DNA of 57,608 nucleotides from Octopus sinensis (Eukaryota): NCBI RefSeq assembly GCF_006345805.1, contig NW_021833593.1, positions 1 to 57,608 of the forward strand, read 5' to 3'. Shown piece by piece: positions 41,628 to 51,997 of this stretch (position 1 is its first letter; each line of letters starts with the position of its first letter). The notes under the pieces were generated by a model. It saw only the letters and a program-made list of their open reading frames with translations, ran no database searches and was not told where the DNA came from. The position numbers and the translations under genes were made by a program.

Positions 41628-41819
41628 TTATTTCTAAATCGCTCAGAGAGATACTCGGTAACAGTTAGCCAAGCAACTACTCTGTGTTGATGAAGGGCAA
41701 TAACCCAGAAACCAGTCCACGGGTGATGTTTTGTGCTGGATGGGAGAGCTGAACTTCCTGTTCAAAAATATACTTTTCTACTCTAGGTACAAGGCCTGAA
41801 ATTTTCGGGCAGGTGACAG

Positions 41820-42193
41820 TTGATTAGATCGACCCCAGTACGCAACTGGTACTTAATTTATCTACCCCGAAAGGCTGACCAAAGCCTTGTGAGTGGATTT
41901 GGTAGACGAAAACTGAAAGAAGCCCGTTGTATATATGTATATGTATATGTATATATATGTATGTGTATGTATATGTTTGTGTGTCCGTGTTTGTCCCCAC
42001 AACATCGCTTGACAACCGATGCTGGTGTGTTTACAATCCCATAACTTAGCGTTTCGGCAAAAGAGACCGATGGAATAAGTACTAGGCTTACAAAGAATAA
42101 GTCCTGGGACCGATTTGCTCAACTAAAAGTGGTGCTCCAGCATGGCCACAGACACATGACTGAAACAAGTAAAAGAGTAAAGGAGTAAAAAGA

Positions 42194-42195
<2 letters not shown>
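41820..42195 (+). mobile_element. SINE B fragment joined to a 5'-truncated SINE A
   Basis: 41820-41875 matches family B; 41877-42195 matches family A. Confidence 0.75.
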
Positions 42196-42228
<33 letters not shown>

Positions 42229-42699
42229 GGTTTGTATATTACACTGTACATTCAAATAATTGAGTAAGTCCTGAGGTACCTAATGCATGGTACCTTTCAC
42301 GACCCAGTAGACTGTACCAAACACAGGGTACCCTAACAATTGTATAAGTCCTGAAGCGCCGTATGCAATATCTGTGCCTAATGCATGGTACCTAGGTACG
42401 GGTCAGTAGACTGTACCAAACGCAGGGTACTCTATTTAAGTAGCCAGATGGATTGACTGTAGGTACTCAGAGTAATTTCTGAAACTATGATTGCTAAAGA
42501 TGATTATTAAAAATCTACCCGCCCTCCCATTTATACCCAACCCCGTACCTCTGCCTTCTAGTCTCCACACCGGAGACCCTGTCTTCGCATCACCTCCATC
42601 ACCACCACATCCATATAAGTGCGACCCCGCCTTCTTGTAGAACAGGGTCGTACTTTAAACCCCACTACGCCATCCCCACATCATTATCAGAAATTTTGA

Positions 42700-42788
42700 C
42701 GTTTGTTCTTCTGGTGGGGGGGGGGGCATCATCTTGTGCGCCGAGACCCTGTTGGGTTTTGTCGACGCCCATTCATATAGAACAAACG
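42700..42788 (-). promoter_or_regulatory. SECIS element, form 2, in the SELENOP 3' UTR
   Basis: AUGAA (42776-42772), helix II UGGGCGUCGA/UCGGCGCACA, unpaired AAAA, CCC-AACA-GGG apical mini-helix, AGAU (42734-42731); helix I CGUUUGUUCU/AGAACAAACG. Confidence 0.85.
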
Positions 42789-43239
42789 GGGGGGGGACAA
42801 AAATTTCAAGATAACGACAGACATAGCTTTGGGGGGGGGGGTAGCAGATGGATAGCCATGGTGGTGGCAAAGGTGATGATAGTGGAGGAGAAGGGAGAGG
42901 TAGAAAATGCCTTCAGAAGAGGAGGAGGTAAGAGTGCAGACATTTTGTTGTTGTTGTTGTTGTTGTTTCTCCTTTATGAAAACAAAAACAACACAAAAAC
43001 ACAAAAAAACAAAAACAGCAACAAATTGCCAAACATTCCTCTCTCCCCGCCTCCCTCTTTCTCCCCACCCTGCCTGTGACCAATACTCATCATCATCATC
43101 ACCATCATTGACATCGTTGTTATCATTGTCACGTTTGCTATTGTTGTTGTTGCTTGTATAACAGCTAAACATACACTCATATATACATATATATAAACAT
43201 ATATATATGTATAAGTATATGTATGTATATGCATATATA

Positions 43240-43302
<63 letters not shown>

Positions 43303-43470
43303 ATATATATATGTATATGTATATGTATATACATATATATATATATATATACAGTACATATACACAGACATACACACCCATATATATATATCCTAGTTAT
43401 ATGTATTATATATTAGACACAAAAATGTATTTTATATCAGCCATACTATATCTATCTATCCATCTATCTA

Positions 43471-43508
<38 letters not shown>

Positions 43509-43563
43509 CCTATCTATCTATCTATTGGTCTATCTACCTATCTATCTGTCTATCTATCTATCT

Positions 43564-43609
<46 letters not shown>

Positions 43610-43619
43610 CATCTATCTA

Positions 43620-43653
<34 letters not shown>

Positions 43654-43654
43654 G

Positions 43655-43725
<71 letters not shown>

Positions 43726-44203
43726 GTATATCTATCTGTATATCTATATCTATATCTATCTATATATATATATATATTTAAAGAAGATGAAATAAAGAGA
43801 TGAATCAATAAATAACTATTAATTGTCTCTCTATTTTCGTATTTTCTTCAAATATATACAAACCACGGTTTATCTAGTCACCTTCCAGGTGAATATTAAT
43901 TGTAATATTCAACACTTTTCAAATAGGTAACTCACCAGTATTTTCATTAGATTTTATTATCCCTTAATGAGGTATGTAACCTTTATTTAAACTTTTATAT
44001 ATATAGATATATATATATATATATATATATATTTAATTAACTAGGTCTACTATATATTATGCATTCGCGGTCTTATATATTATTGTGTGTATCGACCGAA
44101 TCGTGGCTGATTTGTGAACAACAACAACAACACAACAACAACAACAACAGCAACAACAGTAATACCAATCAGTGCGACCTTGTGTGACCTTTTCAGGAAG
44201 TGT

Positions 44204-46342
44204 CTAATCTTTGCTCGTCTTCGGGATGTTACTGAAAACATATTCAAAGAATTTCTGAATCTTGCGAGCCAAGGCCTTTTCTTCATTTTTCTCCCGGTCA
44301 GCAGGAGCCGGTTTCTGGCATAGCAACCTTCATCATTGCCAGGACATTGGTCAGAAGTGAGCTGGAGTCGTTCCGACTGTTGATTCTTCCTGCGCTGGTC
44401 ATTGTCAGATGGTGGACCCAATGGGTCGTCAGGAAGAAGGTGTGACTGAACAGAAGAGTGGTCAGCTGGTCAGGTTTCTCTCGTTGTCTGAATCTCGCTG
44501 CTGGTTGTGACTGGTGGAATTGGTCTGGTGTTGTCAGAGTCACGGTCAGTCAGACATAGTGGCCACACGGGCATTTACAGCCTGACCAACTTCATTATCT
44601 CATGCGGACAGTCTGTGTCACTGTCAACTGGTCATCTTGACCTCTTCATTCTGACCAACTCCCTTGGGTCATTGTCACACAGCCATACTAGGTCATTGTC
44701 AACTGGTCATCTTGACCTCTCCATTCTGACCAACTCCTTTGGATCATTGTCACACTGCCATACTAGGTCATTGTCAACTGGTCATCTTGACCTCTCCATT
44801 CTGACCAACTCCCTTGGGTCATTGTCACACTGCCATACTAGGTCATTGTCAACTGGTCATCTTCACCTCTCCGTTCTGACCAACTTCCTTGGGTCATTGT
44901 CACACTGCCATACTAGGTCATTGTCAACTGGTTGTCTTGACCTCCCCATTCTGACCAACTTCCTTGGGTCATTGTCACACTGCCATACTAGGTCATTGTC
45001 AACTGGTCATCTTGACCTCTCCGTTCTGGCCAACTCCCTTGGGTCATTGTCACATAGCAACACTAGGCCACTGTCAGCATGCTTTGTCCACATCCTTGGG
45101 TCACTGTCATGCCATACCATTAGGTCTCTGTCAACTGGTCAGCTGAGCCAATCCAGCCATGCCTGTTCCATTGGGTCACTGTCAGGTGGAAAGCGTCAGT
45201 CGACAGCAATTTATGTTACTGTGGCCCAAATTCTGCGAGGTTCACAAATGAGTGGCGTTTCTGCAATTATTCGTTGTGGATCCGTTGAGCACCTGTGATG
45301 TCACATTGGTCAGGCTGGTGTTGAGGAGCTCGGGTCAACATCACGCGACTCTACACTTAGTCACGTTGTTATTGCTGTTGTTGTTGCTGCTGCTGCTGAT
45401 GTTGATGCATAGCGGCGTCTGTGACAATGTTGAGCTGGTTTCGTATTCTGTCTGAGACTGGTCCTTACCACCATCTTCGTCGTTGCAGTTTTTACTGTTG
45501 TCCACAGGTGTTGGGTAGGTAACGTTATTGCCATTAGAATTGGCGTGGATGCTGCGATGTCTTTCACAATAATGCTGCCGTTGTTTGTAGACGTCATGTT
45601 CTTACCGCCATCAACATCATTGTTGCTGCTGGCGGTGGTAGTAGTAGAGGTGGTGGCCATAGATGTAGCCTCACCTTTGACGTCGTTGTTATTATCGACG
45701 ACAATATTATTGCTATTGCGAACCTGTTGCCGCTGGTTGTCGGAAGGATCTGCAATGACATCGGGCAGCTGTGCACTGGTTTCGTTTCTGCATATGCAAT
45801 ACATATGTTTGTAGACCGAGTGCAACAAAGCACGGAGTTTACAGTTACATGGCACCGGGAGACTCAGAACAATAGTTTCTTCCCCATCAAATATCGGTCT
45901 TCTTTCCAACGTGGCATTCTTGTTTTTGGGGGCAGAGTTGACACCGATATTCTTCACAGTGGTTGCGTCGACGTCTGTCTTAGTGCGGTTGCGGTGATGG
46001 TCACGGCTTTGGACAATGCCTTGGAGACGGTCTCGACGACGGTCCTTGACGCGATGGTTACGGTTGAGCTGGCCGAGAGCCGGGCTCGGCTGGAGAAGGA
46101 AGCGTCACTGTCACGTCTGAATGATTTTGTAGCGGTCCTGCTCCAGCTGGGGTGGACATTGTCAAAACGAGTCCGTTGCTGCCTTTTGCTGCTGCTGCTT
46201 CCGTTGAAGCTTCCCCTCCTCTCCTTTCTCCTCTTCTTCACCTTGATGATGATGAGGCGGAGGATAATGTTGATGGCGATGAGGATGATGGGGGTAATTG
46301 CTGTTATAATGCAACTGTTGCTGCTGATAGTGGTGAAGGGGG

Positions 46343-46385
<43 letters not shown>

Positions 46386-46942
46386 GAGGATGCTGATTGA
46401 CAAGCTGGGAGTTGTGCTGGCCATGCGGTTGGTAAGGAGGCGAGTGTCGGTTGCCTTTGCCGCGGCTGCCCTTCTTTCGGGGTTTCTGCTCGGTGTGGCA
46501 AGAACCGGTGTTGTTACCGGGCACGAAATAGCACACTAACTTCTTGAATGGCTTAGCAGAATGAGACGTCGACGACGAAGACGATGACGATGACAATGAC
46601 GACGACGACAATGTCGATGAGAAGGAAGAAGCACCGACGGAAGAAGAAAACGGAAACAGTAACGAACGATGCTTAATGAGCCAATTACTCAAGGTGGACG
46701 TTTTTGGATTGTGCCTGTACACGTATTTCTTTTGCGGTTTCTTCTTCGGCAGGGACATTGCCGACACCGTGTACATGCGCCGCACTCAGGCCCGGAACTT
46801 CGATGTCTGCTGGTAGTTAAACAGGTTGCCTAGCATACAGTTACACAAATTGAAGTAGTACGACATGCAAATACCTTTGTGGACGTTGAGCGTGGAAACG
46901 GGAGCCTGCGATTGGTTGAAGCGAAACGTCTGACGACCGCAC
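44204..46942 (-). CDS. SELENOP: SELENOP last exon: end of N-domain, His-rich linker, Sec-rich C-terminal domain
   Basis: Acceptor CTCTCTTACCTTTACACAG; begins CGRQTFRF...; 4 TGA in the first frame (46786, 46162, 46111, 46105), then a frame break in 45364-45601, then 44 TGA with no TAA/TAG until TAG 44206-44204. Confidence 0.85.
44603..45184 (-). repeat. Coding 75-bp (25-codon) tandem repeat, consensus UQUPKGVGQNGEVKMTSUQUPSMAV
   Basis: Six near-identical units at 45052-44603 plus two diverged units upstream. Confidence 0.92.
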
Positions 46943-47000
46943 CTGTGTAAAGGTAAGAGAGGCGGCGCTTAGCAGTGCGAGAAATAATAAGAATCTGTTT

Positions 47001-48085
47001 CTTTGCTACCCACAAGGGGCTAAACACAGAGGGGACAAACAAGGACAGACAAACGGATTAAGTCGATTATATCGACCCCAGTGCGTAACTGGTACTTATT
47101 TAATCGACCCCGAAAGGATGAAAGACAAAGTCGACCTCGGCGGAATTTGAACTCAGAACGTAATGGCAGACGAAATACCTATTTCTTTACTACCCACAAG
47201 GGGCTAAACACAGAGAGGACAAACAAGGACAGACAAAGGGCTTAAGTCGATTACATCGACCCCAGTGCGTGACTGGTACTTTTTTAATCGACCCCGAAAG
47301 AATGAAAGGCAAAGTCGACCTCGGCGGCATTTGAACGCAGAACGTAACGGCAGACGAAATACCTATTTCTTTACTACCCACAAGGGACAAACAAGGACAG
47401 ACAAACGGATTAAGTCGATTATATCGACCCCAGTGCGTGACTGGTACTTTTTTAATCGACCCCGAAAGGATGAAAGGCAAAGTCGACCTTGGCGGAATTT
47501 GAACTCGGAACATAACGACAGACGAAATACGGCTACGCATTTCGCCCGGTGTGCTAACGTTTCTGCCAGCTCGAAGAATCGTAGAAGCAGCAGCAATAAT
47601 GGTAATAACAGCAACAACAACAAGTCCTTTCTATTGTAGGCAGAAGGCCTGAAATTTGGAGGAAGGGATTCAAGTCGATAACATCGACCCCCGGTGCATA
47701 ACCGGTATTTATTTAATCGACCCCGAAAGGATGAAAGGCAAAGTTGACCTTGGTGGAATTTGAACTCAGAATGCAGCGATGGGGGAAATACTGCTAAGCA
47801 CTTCATCGGGTGTGCTAACAATTCTGCCAGCTCGCCACCTTAATAATAATATATCTTTACTGCCCACAAGGGGCTAAATACAGAGGGGACAAACAAGGAC
47901 AGACAAAGGGATTAAGTCGATTACATCGACCCCAGTGCGTGACTGGTACTTATTTAATCGACCCCGAAAGGATGAAAGGCAAAGTCGACCTCAGCGGAAT
48001 TTGAACTCGGAACGTAACGACAGACGAAATACGGCTACACATTTCGCCCGGCGTGCTAACGATTCCGCCAGCTCACCGCCTTTAA
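47001..48085 (-). mobile_element. SINE family B tandem arrays in a SELENOP intron
   Basis: Same units as 5969-6745 (47001-47573, 47630-47840, 47855-48085). Confidence 0.85.
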
Positions 48086-48362
48086 TAATAGTAATAGTAA
48101 TTAATGACCTGCCCATGTATACAGTGAGTTTCTTTGCCCTAGGTGTCAGGAAGACACTTGGCAAGAAATGGAAACATTGGTTTGTCTACATCCTTGTAGC
48201 TTAGCAGTTCAGCAAAATATCAATAGTGTAAGTACCAAGCTCACAAAAACAATAATTACAGGAGTCGATTTGTTTGACTAAACCCTTCAAGGCAGTGCCC
48301 CAGCATGGCCACAGTCCAATGACTGAAACAAGGTAAAAGAGGAAAGGTAAAAAGTAAATTAC

Positions 48363-48563
48363 CTATCGTAGAGGATGATGTCATTGTTGGAGCCTTTTAA
48401 CTTCTTCCATATCCTCCGATGTAGAGAATCTTGGTAAACAGGGATGCTTGTCTCCTTTCTCAACTGATGAAGTCTACGTTTTGCTGATGGAAAGAAAGAA
48501 TTGACGATGCGGAACTTGACAAACTCCCGATTGGTTTGCAGCATATGATGGATCTTCTCCAGC
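48363..48563 (-). CDS. SELENOP: SELENOP second coding exon (LEKIHHMLQ...IPVYQDSLHRRIWKKLKGSNNDIILYDR)
   Basis: TTTCACCAG / GTAAAT, 201 bp, phase 2 to 2; IPVYQ and W..L.G...D...YDR|CGR match the SelP N-domain as I recall it from human SELENOP. Confidence 0.93.
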
Positions 48564-48646
48564 CTGGTGAAATGGAACATTGGCCAAGGGTTAACAATAA
48601 ATATTTTAGATATCTATCTGGGTGTATATAGTATGTGTGGTTACAC

Positions 48647-48683
<37 letters not shown>

Positions 48684-48689
48684 CACACC

Positions 48690-49073
48690 TACGAGAGTGA
48701 GTCAAAAAGTAATGCCATTTTGTTTAGGACAGGTATAATTACCAACACAGGAACATGTATCATACATCAAAAGAAAGCTGGTCCTCTGTGGATCACATCC
48801 CTACTTCTAAACATAGTCACCGTTTCTCTCAATAGCAATGTTCCACCTTCGAATGAGAGCATGTATCCCTGCCCCGTAAAATTCTGTTGACTGTTCTTTG
48901 AGCCACTTCTTCACTACAGTTTTCACTTCCTCGTCAATGGAATAATTTAGCGCCTTCGGACTATCATCTCTTTGACCCCATGAAAGAGGGTTTGAGAGGC
49001 AAACATTATTCCAGTGACGTGGAAGTGAAAACTTCTGTAGGAATTGACGTTACTACCGTTTTTAACCCCAGGA

Positions 49074-49106
<33 letters not shown>

Positions 49107-49288
49107 ACACACTTACACACACACACACACTTACACACACACACACACACACTCACACACACACACACACACTACACACACACACACTTACCACACACAC
49201 ACACACACTTACACACACACACACACTCACACACACACTTACACACACACACACTCGCACACACACACATACACACACACACACACTT

Positions 49289-49320
<32 letters not shown>

Positions 49321-49345
49321 ACATACACACACATACTCATCATAA
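48690..49345 (-). mobile_element. Mariner-derived composite unit plus long (CA)n
   Basis: Same unit as 6883-7750. Confidence 0.8.
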
Positions 49346-49536
49346 GAATTCATATACTGCAAGAAAACATGAAAACAATTTGTTTTAGAATGCAGGATCT
49401 TGAAGCAGACAAAGCTACAAATGATGTTTTCTTATGACACAATATTTGCATATATTAGGTTGGAAACTAAGCAACAACAACAACAACAACAGTAACAGCA
49501 ACAACAACAACAACAATACAATCAAGGTTTACTTAC

Positions 49537-49826
49537 TCAACGATGTTCTTCAATCATGGTTTTCAGTTGGCACTGAAGAGGCCAACGACGGTCGGATGAC
49601 CTGCAGTGTTGGCCATGGGGTTAGCTAGGGCCCCATTGCTCCAGTTGGGCATAACCTTGCAGTTGCCATTACCCCGGTTCAGCCTTGCCGGTGACACGCC
49701 TGTCACGGCAACAAGCAAGGCGAGTGTCAGTGTGATGGCCACATTTGAGATGCCTCCTCTCCTTCCTCCTCCTCCTCCTCCTTCCACTCCTCCAGCTGCT
49801 TTATTGCTGCAGCCTGGCCTTTTCAT
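49537..49826 (-). CDS. SELENOP: SELENOP first coding exon (MKRPG...VAITLTLALLVAVTGVSPA...CKVMPNW...NPMANTAGHPTVVGLFSAN-U-KP-U-LKNIV)
   Basis: Acceptor TTTCAG upstream of 49845, CAAAATG start at 49826, GTAAGT donor; C...P.W....PM......TVV.L..A.U aligns to the SelP N-terminus; TGA at 49565-49563 and 49556-49554. Confidence 0.9.
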
Positions 49827-49895
49827 TTTGAAGGATTTGACAATCCTGAAATTGGGCAGGAAAAAAAAAAAACAATAAAATACAGTAAATACATG

Positions 49896-49992
<97 letters not shown>

Positions 49993-50459
49993 TTGAGTAG
50001 AAAAATGAAATATTTTTTTATGGATAATTCGTTTAACTGATACCTGGGTAGCAAATTCACATCAGAAATAACACGTTGAAGTTACGTGCCTAAGGCAGAG
50101 ACTACGTGTTTTCGTGTGGAAATTTGTGTGTATTTTTATAAAATTTATGAATAAATGAAAGAATGGAGTTGAACGACAAATTAACAAATTTCCATTATTT
50201 TCGACATATGTTTCGAAGGCTGCATATTCTTAATTGTGAAGGAATAAGGAGTACATTATGCCGCTTTCTCATCAGGAAAAACAAGGAATTTATGTCAACA
50301 TCAAGATTCACAAAAACTTTCACAAAAACTTTTAGATGACTGCTCTCACGGAGCGCATAGCGATAATGAGTGTCTCTTTAATATTCCTTTATAAGGAGTG
50401 ACGTCAAACTGGTTGAATGTAGAAAATTCTAGAATATATATAGGTATGTATCTATGGTG

Positions 50460-50795
50460 GTGACCCCCTTCGGTCAGACACTGACCATGGGTTTGCACCT
50501 AGAGAGTTACCCTCTAAGGCACAAGTCTGGGCAAGGTTGTTTTATGGAAGACCAGCAGTCGCCCATGCATACCGGCCTCCCCTCTCCATGCCACCAGTGT
50601 TATCCAAGGGAAAGGCAAGGGCCGATACAGCTTGGCACCAGTGACGTTGCAACTCATTTCTACAGCTGAGTGAATTGGAGCAACGTGAAATAAAGTGTCT
50701 TGCTCAAGAACACAACACGCAGCCCGGTCTGGGATTCGAGCTCACAACCTCACGATCGTAAGCTCGACGCTCTAACCACTGAGCCACGCGCCTTC
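50460..50795 (-). mobile_element. tRNA-head SINE family D
   Basis: Minus-strand head GGCGCGTGGCTCAGTGGTTAGAGCG...GCTCGAATCC; second copy at 51712-51997. Confidence 0.8.
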
Positions 50796-50934
50796 ACAGT
50801 GGAAGTATATATGTATGTATATATATACAGTATCTATGTATGTATATATATATATATATACACACACACACATATATATATATATATACATGTATATATA
50901 TATATACCTATATATATATATATATATATATACA

Positions 50935-51145
50935 CTCTTTACTCTTTTACTTGTTTCAGTCATTTGACTGCGGCCATGCTGGAGCACCGCCTTTAATCGA
51001 GCAACTCGACCCCGGGACTTATTCTTTTGTAAGTCCAGTACTTATTCTATCGGTCTCTTTTTGCCGAACCACTAAGTGACGGGGACATAAACACACCAGC
51101 ATCTGTTGTCAGGCAATGCTAGGGGGACAAACACAGAAACACACC

Positions 51146-51179
<34 letters not shown>

Positions 51180-51341
51180 ACATATATCCGACAGGCTTCT
51201 TTCAGTTTCCGTCTACCAAATCCACTCACAAGGCATTGGTTGGCCCGAGGCTATAGCAGAAGACACTTGCCCAAGATGCCATGTAGTGAGACTGAACCCA
51301 GAACCATGTGGCTGGTTAGCAAGCTACTTACCACACAGCCA
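50935..51341 (-). mobile_element. SINE family A
   Basis: Reverse complement of the family consensus. Confidence 0.85.
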
Positions 51342-51674
51342 CAAAATAAGATAAAGGAGGAATAGATTCCTTTCAATCATCAACTTCCAGATAATACAAA
51401 TTCATATAATTTAATTTAATTAATTAGTTGATAACTTATATGAATTGGTATTATCTGGAAGTTGATTATTGAAAGGAATCTATTCCTCCATTTTCTTATT
51501 TTGTATTATGAATTTGAGGTAAAACATTTTACCTTCGCCCATATAATACAATAAATGTACTAATTTCATTGCAATTGTAAACATTTATGTATTAGCCTTT
51601 TAGGTACTTTACTGGCAGTATATTGGATAAATGATATCTCATAGTGGGTTACACTCATAACCCCTATCTCACTT

Positions 51675-51711
<37 letters not shown>

Positions 51712-51997
51712 CCCCCCTTCGGTCATGAATGACCATGGGATTGCACCTAGAAAGTTACCCTCCTAGACACAAGTCCGGGCAAGGTTGTTTATGGAAGACC
51801 AGCAGTCGCCCATGCATACCAGCCTCCCCTCTCCACGCCACCAGTGTTATCCAAGGGAGAGGCAAGGGCCGATACAGCTTGGCACCAGTGACGTCGCAAC
51901 TCATTTCTACAGCTGAGTGAACTGGAGCAACGTGAAATAAAGTGCCTTGCTCAAGAACACAACACCCAGCCTGGTCTGGGATTCGAGCTCACAACCT
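51712..51997 (-). mobile_element. SINE family D, head truncated
   Basis: Matches 50460-50750. Confidence 0.8.

Noticed and set aside
43915-43950. Possible second SECIS AUGAAAAUACUGGU...ACCUAUUUGAA
   Set aside because: Only ~7 bp of helix II, no apical AA, wrong spacing.
44080-44421. Minus ORF ending in an apparent transmembrane helix (VALIGITVVAVVVVVVLLLLF)
   Set aside because: It is out of frame with the Sec-rich tail, lies downstream of two TAA codons in its own frame, and the hydrophobic run comes from a (GTT)n tract in the 3' UTR.
44575-45210. Alternative minus frame through the repeat (R-U-P-V-D-N-D), with A-to-I rescue of its TAA codons
   Set aside because: Needs two TAA codons bypassed; the neighbouring frame has no TAA/TAG and 44 TGA in SelP-like motifs.
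44507-45298. 263-aa plus-strand ORF with SLSTGHLDL repeats
   Set aside because: Antisense shadow of the SELENOP tail: each TGA reads as TCA (Ser) in the same register.
45954-46424. 156-aa minus ORF with poly-Ile and RRGSF-type sites
   Set aside because: Off-frame reading of the (AAT)n and His-rich linker; closed upstream by TAG at 46538-46536.
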